In this document: positions 1-12,439 of the stretch, one piece after another | How positions within the stretch are numbered: position 1 is the stretch's first letter | How the letters are laid out: each line of letters begins with the position of its first letter | NCBI RefSeq assembly: GCF_964194155.1 | Contig: NC_135897.1 | Location: 84,878,001-84,942,000 of the forward strand | Reading direction: 5' to 3' | Length of the DNA: 64,000 nt | From: Cetorhinus maximus | Lineage: Eukaryota | Notes under the pieces: generated by a model | Database searches by the model: none | Seen by the model: only the letters and a program-made list of their open reading frames with translations | Told to the model about the DNA's origin: nothing | Program-made: the position numbers and the translations under genes

Positions 1-389
1 CACCCCACCGCCCGCCAAGTTCCCCTACCCCCATTGCCTCTCAAACTTCAGCGCCCCCCCACACCCCCCTCACTGAGGCCTGCCAGTTTGGCACCCGGCA
101 AGACCCCCCCCCCCAAACACTTACAAAGCCACAATCCAAGTTCAGTTGAATCGTTTTAACCTCAGTTTGAGTCAATAGGTGCACTGAGTCTATAACAAGC
201 CAGACAGTCCAGAGACTCCAAAATGTATGAACTCAAACATAGGACAGGAAAAGACATTGGCTTCTGCAAACCTGCCCCAGCCAGATAGTTGACTATCCCT
301 TAACCACGTCATCTCCTGAAGGAGTCAAAAAAAAATCAGAAACTGTGAATTTTGCAAAAAGATGTCGAAGAAGAAAGATCTATTAAAGA

Positions 390-630
390 TATAACATCTT
401 TCAAGGCCTCAGGATGCCTCAAAATGCCTTATGACAATTTAGTATCTTTGAATGGAGTTGCTTTTGAATGTAGGGAAATACGGCAGCTAATTTCCATACA
501 GCAAGAATAATTAAATGACTTGATAATCTGTTTGAAGATGTGGGTTGAGAGATAACTATTCACCAGGACACCAGGGAGAACTCCCCTACTCTCCTTCAAT
601 GGACTTTAATAGATCCACCTGAGGGGGCAG
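390..630 (-). mobile_element. DeuSINE (SacSINE1-like) 3' fragment
   Basis: Reverse complement matches the body and tail of the full copies at 29055 and 47615 (ccaggacaccagggagaactccc; cctcaggatgcctcaaaatgc). Confidence 0.65.
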
Positions 631-779
631 GCAGGAGGCACCCACCCCCTGCCAGTTTGGTTCATCCCTCCCTCAAGTCACCCTTGGCTCTGCTCAACCC
701 CCACCACCACACCAGCACCCCCTGGTTCCTTAGTCCCATCACTGTCAAGCAGAACTGTGGTGCTGGGGCAAACAGGAGA

Positions 780-1316
780 GGGGTGAGCCGAGTTGGGAGG
801 TGATGGGGGGAGTGTGAGCAGTTTTGGGAGGTGACGGGGGGAGTGTGAACAGAGTTGGGACTTGACGGGGGGGAGTGTGAGCAGATTTGGGAGGTGACGG
901 GGGAGTGTGAAAAGATTTGGGAGTGACGGGGAGTGCGAACAGATTTTGGAGGTGATGGGTGAGTGTGAACAGAGTTGGGGGATGATGGGGGGAGTGTGAG
1001 TAGAGTTTGGAGGTGACGGGGAGTGTGAACAGATTTGGGAGGTGACGGGGGGAGTTTGAACAGATTTGGGAGGTGATGGGGGAGTGTAAACAGATTTGGG
1101 AGTGACGGGGAGTGTGAACTGAGTTGGGAGATGACCAGGGAGTGTGAACAGAATTGGGAGGTGATGGAAAGAGTATGAACAGAGTTGGGAGGTGATGGGT
1201 GAGTGTGAGTAGAGTTTGTAGGTGATGGAAAGAGTATGAACAGAGTTGGGAGGTGATGGGTGAGTGTGAGTAGAGTTTGGAGGCGATGGTGAGAGTGTGA
1301 ACAGAGTTGGGATGAC
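780..1316. repeat. G-rich minisatellite, unit about 30 bp (gggagtgtgaacagagttgggaggtgatgg)
   Basis: Degenerate tandem units directly visible; explains the repetitive ORFs 662-1318 and 745-1386. Confidence 0.92.
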
Positions 1317-1784
1317 ATGGTGTTGCCACTTGCTTACCTCTTGTTATATCCTTTCTTACCATTGAAACAGTTTCATCCTTAATCATTAAGGCTATCCCTC
1401 CCCCTCTACCATTTTCTCTGTCTTTATTGTAGACTCTATAACCTGATATATTTAGTATCCAGTCCTGACTGTTGTGACAGCCATATGTGCATGGCAGGAC
1501 CCAAAAAACGATAGATTATACAAGAAAGGGTAGGAGCTACAATGGCGTGCAGTTTTGGCTGTTTGTTTAAATTGGCCATTTTGCCTTCTTGGTTTTTCAT
1601 TTTCCGCCCACTGCAATTCTAAAATGAAGCATTGGGCTTAAGCATTGTGCTGTGTCATTGGAGGGAACTTCTTGAGCACTGTCAAGCAGAGTGACCATTG
1701 AACTCAATTCACACGGGTTTCAATGAAAGGCTGGGAACAAGTTGTGTCAACTTAGGCCAAAAAGCACAAGGAACTAAATAGGAA

Positions 1785-2436
1785 CCCCCCCGATCGGGTC
1801 CGCGCCGCCATTTTACGTGGACGGGCCAATTAAGGCCCGCCCAGCATGATGTGCACCCGGAAGCGCTGTGCACTCCCTGTGTGGGTGGAGGAGGGGGGTA
1901 TTCCCTGGGTTGGTGAGTGCGCTCTTTCACGCATGCGTGCGAAAGAGCGCAGAAATCTCCCTGCAGCATGGAGCTGCCTCAGGGAGATTAATTCAAGGTT
2001 TAAAAATATTTAATAAAGAAAAGAAAATATTTTAAGACATGTCCCCTCATGTGACAGTGTTACATGAGCTGGGATAGGTCAAGCAACGTTAATTAAAAAA
2101 TATATTTAATTTATAAACCCTTCATGAAACCTCATCCCGCCCGTGGATGAGGTTCCATGAAAAATGCAAAGGCTGCCTTGGGCTCTTCATCTGCCCCCCC
2201 GCCAACCTTAGGGTTGGATGGGCAGCTCAGTCAATAACTTTAATTGATATTTAAATGGCCTTAATAGGCCTTTGACAGTTCGGCGGGCGTGCAGCTGAGT
2301 CGGCTGTGTGCCTGCCGAACTGAAAATCTAAACGGCGTGCGGTGATGTTGGGACGCACGCCCGACGTCATCCCGTGTCGTTTTACGCCTCGGCGAGCGGG
2401 CCCCACGCCTGCTCGCCGAGCCGAAAATTCTGGCCT
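1785..2436. mobile_element. Harbinger-type MITE, left end truncated
   Basis: Right TIR aaaattctggcc near 2424-2435, ggccaattaa motif, and the same internal hairpins as 25854-26514. Confidence 0.85.
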
Positions 2437-2640
2437 TGGAAATATATCACCGTTCCTTCACTGTCACTGGGTCAAAATCCTGGAACTCCCTCCCTAACAG
2501 CACTGTGGGTGTAGCTACACGACATGGACTGCAGCTGTTCAAGTAGGGAGCTCACCACCACCTTCTCAAGGGCAACTAGGGATGGGCAATAAATACTGGC
2601 CTAGCCAGCGATGCCCACATCCCGTGAATGAATTAAAAAA
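2437..2640 (+). mobile_element. LINE family B (CR1/L2-group) 3' end
   Basis: gggtcaaaatcctggaactccc ... gggcaataaatactggcctagccagcgatgcccacatccc plus A-tail; same tail recurs at 36121-36378 and on the minus strand at 18140. Confidence 0.8.
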
Positions 2641-3040
2641 ATCTGGCGTTATTTTCTTTAGAAAAGAGCAGGTTGAGAGGAGATTTGATTGAGGCATTCA
2701 AAATTACAATGGGTCTGGACTGAGTAGATAAGGCGAGACTGTTCCCATTGGCGTAAGAATCGAAAAACAATTTAAAGTGATTGCTGAAATAAGTAATGGT
2801 GACATAAGGAAAAACTTTTTTTAACGCACTGAGTGTTTAGGATGGGGGATATACGGCCTGAGGTTGCTCCGGAGGCATATTCAATCATCGCTTTCAAAAA
2901 GGAATTATCTGGAAAGAAAATATTTGCAGGGCTACGGGGAAAAGCCAGGGGAGTAGGACTAGCTGAATATCTCTTTCATGACATGGACACAGCAGGCTGA
3001 ATGGCCTCCTTCTATGCTGTAACCATTCTTTGATTCTGAC
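2641..3040 (+). mobile_element. CR1 LINE (HER1-like) 3' fragment
   Basis: Degenerate RRLRGDLIE-type ORF2 end and tail ggctgaatggcctccttctatgctgtaa. Confidence 0.8.
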
Positions 3041-4239
3041 CTTCTAAGAATCCAGTGAAAAGTGTTGGCCAGATGGTATGGGGAACTCTTACATCCATTG
3101 AGAGAAGACCCATCAATTACCAAAACAAATTTTAACTGTTCTACTTGTCCTGACATAGATGTGGAACATTTATTTTGGAAGGGAAACTGCAGTAGTGGAG
3201 AACTGAAGTGCTTCCTTTATTTCTGTACATGTCAGAGCACTGAAAACCAAGGCTTTGTTAATTTGTTGGCCAAAGGCTATAAACTCCTTAAGAGAATTAA
3301 TCTTCCCATTGTGGATGGAGTAGTTTTAACATCTGTGAGATATAATCACACATCAGGTTTTTTAGCTGCAATATATATTTTGTTGAGTATCTGCTATCAC
3401 TGCTCGAGTGTCTTCCCGACTCAAGTCAACCCGACAGTAAAAAATGATGATGGTTTAAACTCAGCATCTGCAGGGAGTTAGCAAACAACTTGGCAGCAAA
3501 GTTTCTGGCAGGAAATACCTTCAGTTATGATCTATTGAATTGTGGTAGTGGTATTCAGACTTTTATTAAACACATTGAACACAAGCTGAAACCCTGAGGG
3601 TGGGTGTGTAGATGAAAATCCTATTATGTTACGATGGCTGGGTTAATTAACACCTTATGGTTGGCTCTAAGTATAAAATATATTTATATTTTTACATAAG
3701 GCCAATAGACTCCATGGCTGGGATTTTCAGGCCCCACCCACCGCGGGATTGGAAATTCCCACCCAAAGTCAATGGGCCTTTGGCTGGTCCATCGAATTTT
3801 CCATCCCGCCCTCAACGATTACTTCACTTTGGTTGATTTGTTCTTCACTGCACTACATGTGGTTGGGAGGTGAGGTGTTGAAGAAGTGGCCCCCATAGAA
3901 TTTAATTAGTTATTTTTGTGGCTACATGAGATAAATTGCAATCAGGCTGAGCCGCAGAAGTGATGGTAGACGGGTGGCCATTCAGCACGCTGTGCCCATT
4001 CTAGCTCATTTGTGCAGCAATCAAAAACCAACCCATCTGTGCTACTCTCTCGCTAGCCCTGAATCTTTCCCTGTTTCAAATACCTACCCAAGTTTCCCTC
4101 TATAGCTGAAATGTTCTCTGCCTCAAACACTCAATGTGGCCAAGCATTCCTTCCTCCAACGTCCTGCTCCTTAAAGAAATGTTTCTCCTCATTTAGTTTA
4201 GGAATACTTTTAGATTATTGGCCCCTTCATCACTGAATT

Positions 4240-4755
4240 TGGAGGTACTTCAGAAAAGGCTTACTAGGTTGATATCTGGAATGAGCGGGTTGTCTTATGA
4301 GGAAAGGTCAGACAAACTGGGCTTGTTTTCACTGGAGTTTAGAAGAGTGAGGGGTGACTTGGTTGAAGTGTATAAGATCCTGAAGGGTGTTGACAAGGTG
4401 GACATGGAAAGGATGTTTCCTCTTGTGGGTGAGTCCAGAACTGGGGAGCACTCTTTTAAAATTAGGGGTCGCCCTTTTAGGACAGAGGTGAGGAGAATTT
4501 TTTTCTCTCAGAGGGTTGAGCGACTTTGGAACTCGCTGCCTCAGAAGGCAGTGGAGACGGGTCATTGAATATTTTTAAGGCCAAGGTAGATGGATTCTTG
4601 TTAAGCAAAGGAATCAAAGGTTATTGGAGATAGATGGGAATGTGGAATTTGAAACACAGACAGATCAGCCATGATCTTATTGAATGGCGGAGCAGGTTCA
4701 AGGGGCTGAATGGCCTACTTCTGTTTCTATTTCATATGCTCCTGTGTTCATGTGA
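4240..4755 (+). mobile_element. CR1 LINE 3' fragment inserted into an older minus-strand CR1 (about 3970-4975)
   Basis: ORF 4218-4568 LSYEERSDKLGLFSLEFRRVRGDLVEVYKI...WNSLP is a CR1 ORF2 C-terminus; tail gatcagccatgatcttattgaatggcggagc. Confidence 0.9.
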
Positions 4756-5581
4756 CTTCCGAACCGGAGGAAAAAGTCTTTCCTCAATTCATTCAATTGA
4801 AACCCTTCAGAATTTAAAAAAACCTCTGTGAAATCTATTTTTAGCCTTACCTGAGCCAATTAAAATAGTCCTAGTATCTCATCTTTTCTTATAATCACGC
4901 CCTCCCATCACTGCAATCACACTAGTGAATTTACACTGTGTCGTGTTTAGGAATTTAATATATTTTCTTTAAAGAGTGAGTAAACAGGTGTTAAGAGAGG
5001 CCTAAGGACAGGTAATCTGCCCACACTTGGTTGATATGGCAGTCATGACACTTTTTTTCAAGGTGTTAACACAATGGAATCGTGAGTGAGCTTTTTTTTT
5101 AATATTCATGCTGTTCTGAAACAGTTACATTTTCATGTATTCATTTATCTGTTTTTTGGTGTGGATATCTTTTAAAATTTATGTTAAAGCTGTTTTCCTC
5201 CACTTTGCCATACATCTTGCAGCATTCCCACCTGCAAGAACATAAAGTTTTCAAACAGATAAAGGCCATTTGGCCCATCAGAGCCGATCCTCCCACAGTC
5301 CAGATACAATAACCCAAATCGTGGGCTTTCGCACTGAATTCCAACTCTCGACCAAAACCCCAATGGGGCCGGGGAAGGTACAATTTTAATCTAACTTGCC
5401 TCACAGGAAACCAACAGGATTGGGTGGAATGGAGATCGAGCTCACTGAATATTGCTCTCCAATGTTGGGTGGGTGTAAAACCAGCATTGCCCTTGATCTC
5501 ATTGGTTTCCCAAAGGGCATGTTCGATTAAAATTGCCTGCAGTAGCATGCGACATCAGTTTTGACAGGTGACTGCTCTTAC

Positions 5582-5659
5582 TTTTCTTTTATCACCAACT
5601 TTGAAGTTGTATGTTAGATTGACCCAGCGTAACTCTTCTGCTGTGACCTCCACCCGGCG
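5582..5659 (-). CDS. Candidate internal coding exon of host gene (78 nt, phase 0/0): RRVEVTAEELRWVNLTYNFKVGDKRK
   Basis: Minus strand: T-rich tract tttctcttttggtttggtttgacttgaAG acceptor, 26 open codons, GTaaga donor; non-repetitive context. Confidence 0.72.
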
Positions 5660-5699
5660 CTTCAAGTCAAACCAAACCAAAAGAGAAACTTCCATTCCA

Positions 5700-5910
5700 A
5701 CAGTGCCTTTCATAAATACCTCAGAATCTCCCAATGCGCTTTACAGCCAATGAAGCACTTCTGAAGTAGTTGTGTTAATGCAGGGAACATGGCAGCCAAT
5801 TTGCACACAGAAAGGTCTCAAAAATAGCAATGTGATAATAACCAGTTAATTTGTTCTATTTTTGTGGTGTGGGATGAGGGATAAATATTGGACAGGACAC
5901 TGGGGTGAGC
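5700..5910 (-). mobile_element. DeuSINE 3' fragment
   Basis: gcgctttacagccaatgaag and ggcagccaatttgcacacag are the reverse complement of the SINE tail. Confidence 0.8.
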
Positions 5911-7175
5911 ATAATTTCAAGAAAAGAAAGGTTTCAAATCAAACTCCCTTCTGATATCTCTCATATTTTCTTTCGTCTCCAGAACATGAGATCTTCTGAA
6001 GGCAAAACCAAACTGGAGGCACTATACTTGCCGCAACTTAATAAAAAGTTGCGTGTCAGAATCAGTTTATATTGAATTTCACTTTATCCAAGTTGATTGA
6101 GGATAAGTTAATTGTAGCCAACTGGTTTACGATTGATGTAATATGCATCAGTAAAGCAAAGCCTTCTTCAACTTTTGCATTTTATCAAATAATCTCCAAT
6201 CTGCCGACCAGACTTGTTTCCAAAAGCTTTTAACCATTGTCCTTTAAAGGTCAACTCCATAGCCCTTCATAAATACTGGTTTATTGTAGTGAGGATCATA
6301 TTTGGTGAAACTAACGCTTATGGTGGGAATTATTTTTTAAGGGATACCAGCGATTAATATTTATCTCTGCATCCCTCGAAAGAGTTCCCCATTTTGCAGT
6401 GGTATCAATTTTCCATTTCACACAACTTCTACCATCAAAAGAGGTCGACAGTTTTAGTGACAAATTGTGGATAGTTATGTGTAACTGGATTGTACCCAGC
6501 TGTGAGTTATTGGGATGAATTTAATGCTCCCCCAAAGGCAACTTCAAAGGCAGGGGGACATTTGATCAGGCAGCAGGCTGTGGTGTAGGTTACCCTGCCT
6601 CCCCACCTGCATCGATTAAGTCCGGGTCCAGAAAGCTCATGGATTATCTTCCCACCTAGATGTTACTTGAGGCCCTTAAGTGGGCAGTTAATGGCCACTT
6701 GAGGGCCTCATCCCAATGCCACTTCTGTTATTTAGCCAGTGGTGGGCAGGAAACTCGCCATGTGAGGAGACTGACAAGCAAGCTCTGTTGGGATTAGCCA
6801 CAATCTTATTGAATGGCGGAGCAAGTTCGAGGGGCCAAATGGCCTACTCCTGCCCCTATTTCTAATGTTCTTATACCTAATAGATTGCTTAAGGTAAAGG
6901 GTCAGTACAGAGGGTCATTTTCAACAACACTGTCTCGGCAATAATCTGGCAGAGTGGATCACCGGCTCCTTGTAGAGCCCACTTGATTTCCATCCCATTG
7001 AAGTCAACAGCTGGGTAATCCACTCCGCCAGGTTACACCCAATGCCTTTTCACTCCCGATGTCTTTTATTTCCTCTGGTAGTACATTGATCACCATGTCA
7101 GAGAAAATTCCTTTAAGCACCATCTTGATCCTTGTTAAAGCATTTATTTAAATCTTTAAGGGCATTTTCAGTTAC

Positions 7176-8585
7176 TGTTATGACCTCCGTTAAAAAAGAA
7201 CTTTTGAAAAGGGATTTGGATTTCCTGTTAATAGCCGAAAGAATGACACAGCAAGATTTTACATGTTAAAACTTTTACTGTAACAAATGGCTGAAAAAAC
7301 TTCTGGCTAAGCACTATTTTATTTTTTGCAGGGAACATACTTTAAACTACAGAAAGGAACATTCCTTTTTCTACTTATCACCCATTGCACTGTCCACGGA
7401 ATTACAGTCCTTATAGCAACAGTCTATGATATTGCCCCTTTATCCCTCCCTCTTCACCGTCCAAAACCCTAAACACTCCTTTCAGGTGAAGCACCACTTC
7501 ACTTGCACCTCCTTCAATTTGGTCTACTGCATTTGCTGCTCCCAAAGTGGTCTCCTCTACACTGGGGAGACTAAACGCAGGCTGGGTGGCCGCTTTGTGG
7601 AACACCTTCGCTCAGTCCGCAAGCATGACCCAGACCTCCCTGTCGCTTGCCATTTCAACACTCCACCCTGCTCTCATGCCCACATGTCCGTCCTTGGCCT
7701 GCTGCAAAGATCCAGTGAAGCCCAACACAAACTGGAGGAACAGCACCTCATCTTCCGATTTGGCACTTTACAGCCTTCTGGACTTAACACTGAGTTCAAC
7801 AACTTCAGACCGTGAATTCTTTGCTCCATCTTTACCCCCTTTTTTAATCCAATTTATTTATTTATTTGTTTATTTGCTTATTATTTTTTAAATTATGCCC
7901 CCAACCTTCCACACCACCTCCCCAACTCCCACCTCACTACAGGGCCATCTGTCACTGGCTTCTATGTAGTGCTTTCACAGAGCACTGACCCTTGTTCTGC
8001 TATTAACACATTCTCTTATCTTACCTTAATGCCACTATCAGCACTTACTTTAGCCTTTAACACTACCATTAACACACCCTGTGTCCTGTGTCCATGACAT
8101 CTTTCCTTAGCTCTCACCTATCCCTGACCTTCTATCTTGCTCCACCTGCTCCACCCACTCTGAGACAGTATAAAATCCATCACATTTCTACTTCTGCTTA
8201 GCTCTGAAGAAGAGTCATATTGGGTTGGAAGCATTAACTCTGTTTCTCTCTCCACAGATGCTGCCGGGCCTGCTGAACTTCTCCAGGATTTTCTATTTTT
8301 ATTTCAGATTTCCAGCATCTGCAGTATTTTGCTTTTACTTTAGTCTGCTGTTTCTCCCAGCGGGGTTCCCGTATCCCCACTTCACCGAGTAGTATCATCC
8401 AGCGGCTGTCTGCAGGCACTTTCCTCAGTTTTCGGAGGGTTTCTTAAATCCACCACCGACAGTAAAGCTTGTTCTGATGATTGTCCCTACCTCTGGCCAC
8501 GAGAAAACAAACCTCCCGGAATCCTTTAGGATGCATCTCTTTGGTTAGAGACTGTCTCCCTCCCTCATCTGGTAGCTCACAATGT
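7176..8585. mobile_element. Possible solo-LTR-like sequence interrupted by a Penelope element
   Basis: Starts tgttatgacc; composition resembles other LTRs in the window; right end and TSD not resolved. Confidence 0.3.
7426..8340 (+). mobile_element. Penelope-like retroelement 3' part: GIY-YIG endonuclease plus pLTR
   Basis: ORF 7426-7815 NLVYCICCSQSGLLYTGETKRRLGGRFVEH...HF...LQPSGLN has the GIY-YIG pattern of PLEs; followed by a decayed hammerhead (ctgaaga 8204-8210) and the cacagatgctg...ttccagcatctgcag tail. Confidence 0.92.
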
Positions 8586-10361
8586 CAAGCAGTCAAGCTC
8601 GTGATGTATAAGTCCGAACGGTGTATATGACGACCCTATGTTTTTGGCCCCAAAAGCCATGATTTGGCATATGCTCGGCTTATAAGTTGAACCCCGCCCC
8701 CACCCCCAACCCCTTTTCAGCCACAGCGATACTTGCATTAATAGTCAGCAGTCAATTTTTCACCCCACAAATGATTGTTTTACTTCACTGGTAACTTGTA
8801 ACTGGGTGCAAAGGATCAAACAGGCGATACGGGCTGTGTGGTGAAGATATGCGGGAGTTTAAGACACCTCCACACAGAGCTGACCCTGCACGGCGAGGAC
8901 AAAGATGGCGGCCACCCACAACCCACGCCAAGCGGCTCACTTTCATAAAAGGCATATAAGTTGACCCCGTTTTTGTAGAGGATTTTCAAGGCTTCAAAGG
9001 TTGTCTCATACACTGACATCGCGGGTAATTCATTCACTGAAGCTCTTTGAGACTTTTGATCAGCACTGTAAGCTCTGTGGATGTGAAATTTTCATTTGGA
9101 AAATGTTCATGTCTAGGGCTGCATCAAATTATTGGGCTTCTACACCACATCCCATTGTGGGTGGGGTATGTCACAAAAACATTCCCAACAAACCCATTCT
9201 CTTGCGCAATGCCTTGGATCGTATCAAAACATTTTATCATCTTATTTGCACGTCACATCATAATAGTAAAAATGACACAGAGCATTGCACGATCCTTTGG
9301 AGGAATTTCAACCCCCCAAAAATGGGTTTGTTTGGGTTGGGAGAGATGTAAAAATGTTAAAAATACCCAAAGCCCATTCCAACCTGCCCCGTTTTGGTTT
9401 TAACAGATGTAGGAGAGGGGGTGGGAAACAATCCTCTCCCAGGAGGTGGGTTGGTTATTTAAATATTATAAAGAGTCTGTGGGCCTCAGGTATAATTTCT
9501 CTTGGAAAGGTCCAGGTTTCCCAGACCTCAGGAAGACTGACAGCTAAAAGGAGATGAGGACTGCCGGATCCAGCAGGTAAGCGTCTTTCCACTTACCTGC
9601 TGGATTGAACTTGCTTTCCACCTCCCCCCTCAGCAATTGGAATCTAATCCAAATCTCCCACTGACCCAACCCTTCCCCTTTTTCCCCCCCACCCCTGTCT
9701 CTCCAATCCCTTTCCCTTGCTCTCTCTTCTAATCATACTGATCTCCCTCCCCTGACTCTTACGGTCGCCCTGCCCCCTCCACTGACATTCTCAGCCCCTC
9801 GTCTGACTTCCCATCTCCACCCTCCTGCAAGGCTGCCTATCCCTCCCTCCCTCCACTCTGCTCCTCAGCCACAACCTTGTCCCAAAATCCCATCCTCCCG
9901 ACAGCCATCCAAGCTCTCAGTCTGGATGGTTAGAGCCTGGAAGAAATGCGGCCAATAAATGTTAATCAGATCCTGCCGTTTAATTTGGCAGCCCCTGAGG
10001 GAAGCCGTGTTTTGGGGTATCCCAAATGCAAAACATCACCCCATCACGCTTGCTGTCTTTGAGTTAAGGTTGGAGCCTTTGCTCTTCCCAAAGATAAAAA
10101 TATTTGACATTTGTTTTTCATGAAGTTAGTGTGTCCTTAATAAAAAGATTTGTAGGTTATTCATTTGTTGGCGTGATATGAAGGAACATTGAATTGGGAT
10201 TTGACAATGGAGAGCACTGTCTTGTGCTGGACTGGAAGCTGGACTGGAATCTATCCCAAGCACATGGGTCCCGAGTGCCGTGTTTACTTCACTTCTGCAG
10301 AGATTCCAGACTGGGGATTACTCTGATAAATAGGCCACTGTAAACGTTTGGCATTTTCTTA

Positions 10362-11085
10362 GCAAAGGCTATGGGCCCTGACAGGATTCCGGCAATAGAA
10401 CTGGAGGCTAGTGTTCTAGAGCTAATCACGCCCCTAGCAAGTGTTCCACTGCAGCTACAACTCTGGCATCTACCAAAGAATGTGGTAAATTGCACGGGTG
10501 TGTCTTAACCACAAAAAGCATGAAAATCCAATCTAGCGAATTACCATCCCATCAGTCTACTCTTGATCTTCAGCAAAGTGATGGAAGGTGTCGTTGACAG
10601 TGCTAACAAGTGGCACTACACAGCAATAACATGCTCACTGATGCTCAGTTTGGGTTCTGCCAGGGCCATTTGGCTCCAGACCTCATACCAGCCTTGGTCC
10701 AAACATGGAAAAATTAACTGAATTGAAGACATAAGATGTGGGTGACTGCCCTTGACATCAAGGCTGCATTTGATAGTGTGGCATCAGGGAGCCCAAGCAA
10801 AATTGAAGTCAATAGGAATCAGGGAGAAACTTTCCACTGGTTGGAGTTGTATCTAGCACAAAGGAAGAGGTTGTGGTCTTGGAGGTCAATAATTTCAGTC
10901 CTGGGGCATCGCTGCAGGAGTTCCTCAGGATAGTGCCCTAGACCCAACCATCTTCAGCTGCTTCATCAATGAACTTCCGCTCATCATAAGGTTAGAAGTG
11001 AGGATGTTTGCTGATGATTACACAATGTTTATTACCATTTATGACTCTTCAGATAATGAAACAGTCCCTGTTCATATGCAGCAAT
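10362..11085 (+). mobile_element. LINE family B reverse-transcriptase fragment
   Basis: Frameshifted KAMGPD, PISLL, QFGF, ALDIKAAFD, GVPQ and FADD motifs. Confidence 0.9.
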
Positions 11086-11087
11086 TT

Positions 11088-12433
11088 TGATATGCAGACT
11101 TTGAATTCAGTAGGAATAAGACCACTGAGTCTCATGGTTTTTATATAAAACTAAATTAAATATTTATTAATTTAGCAAAGAACTAAACACATACACATGG
11201 CTACAAATTACTACTAAAATAACTTTTTAACAAATCCCCAAATTAATCATCCCCAGGTAAATCTTCACTAAGGCAACAGTAACCCATAGACTTTAAATAG
11301 ACACCAGGCAAAGCACATTTGACCTTACAAATTCCAAATGAGGTTTCTTTGCAAGTTGGTTGGAGGCGTACAGGCCGGTTAGGTCTTAAATGCTTCAAGT
11401 TACACACACAAACTCCTTTCTTTATATTCCTAGCTTTCCCTTTGAATGTAAATTTTCCATTGTATCACTAGATCTTTTGAACTTCGGGGCCAGGATTTCC
11501 CAGTCGGCAAGCGTGAGGCGGGGCCCGCTCGCCGACACTTAAAATGATGCAGGATGACGTCGGCCGGAACTCCCGTCACCCCGCCCCATTTCAATTTTCA
11601 GCAGAATCAGCTGTGTGCCCGCCGACTTGTCAATGGCCTATTGAGGCCATTGACAAAGTCGTTAATCTAATTAATGGACCTGCCCATCCAACCTTAAGGT
11701 TGGCGAGCGGGCCAAGACCCCTGGTGGGCATTAGAAAAAGCATAAAACCTCATCCACGCGAGGGATGAGTTTTCATGTAGGTTTTTAAAAAATGTAATTA
11801 AAGTGTATTTAAAAGTGATGGACATGCCCCAACTCATGTGACAGTGTCACATGAGGGGACATGTCAGGGAAATTGTTTTTTCTATTTTTCAGATTTTTTA
11901 TTGTAGAGCCGATCTCCCTGCGGCAGCACTTAGCCTCAGGGAGATGAGTGTGCTCTTTTGTGTGCATACGTGAAAGAGTGCACTCTTGGCTTAGGGATTT
12001 CCCCCCCACCCGCAAACGGAGCGCATAGCACTTCCTGATGGATATCATGCTGGGCGGGCCTTAATTGGCCCACCCACGTAAAATGGCAGTGCGCTCCCAA
12101 GAAGGGGCACCAATTGGAGGCGTGCCTCTGTGCGCCTGCTCCTAAACTTCCCCCCAAACAGTGGGGGGGGGGGGGGAATTCTGCCCCAGCTCTTCTAACA
12201 TTAAATCCCCTTTCATAGCACCAATTTCATTTGAAAGCTGAAAAAATAAACACATTGTTTGGCTTCTTCTCGCTAGGTGCAAGATTTTAACCAGTCTTGA
12301 ATGGTTTATTCAACAAATGCAAATGAACACTTTACCTTATTGTTCACCCAATTAACATTTTAAAACTACTATACATCAAAGCACCCAGACTAACTGAATT
12401 CTATTTTAAAATACAATTTCCAATAACATTACA
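11088..12433 (-). mobile_element. LTR-like sequence (TG...CA) interrupted by a MITE
   Basis: Starts tgatatgcag, ends acattaca; AT-rich with tttatt signals; no matching TSD; not similar to the LTR at 14923. Confidence 0.45.
11487..12186. mobile_element. Harbinger-type MITE, full length (about 700 bp)
   Basis: TIRs gggccaggattt / gaattctgccc; subterminal regions align by eye to both ends of the element at 57111-61576. Confidence 0.9.
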
Positions 12434-12439
12434 GGCATT

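Noticed and set aside
662-1386. Two ORFs over 200 aa
   Set aside because: Translations of the minisatellite; periodic low-complexity peptide.
5185-5232. Possible terminal exon (VGMLQDVWQSGGKQL stop) after the 5582 exon
   Set aside because: Acceptor ttcttgcAG is plausible but there is no other support.
8600-9030. Pogo/Tc1-like MITE with repeated tataagttgaccc motifs
   Set aside because: Motif recurrence is suggestive, but TIRs and TSD could not be defined.
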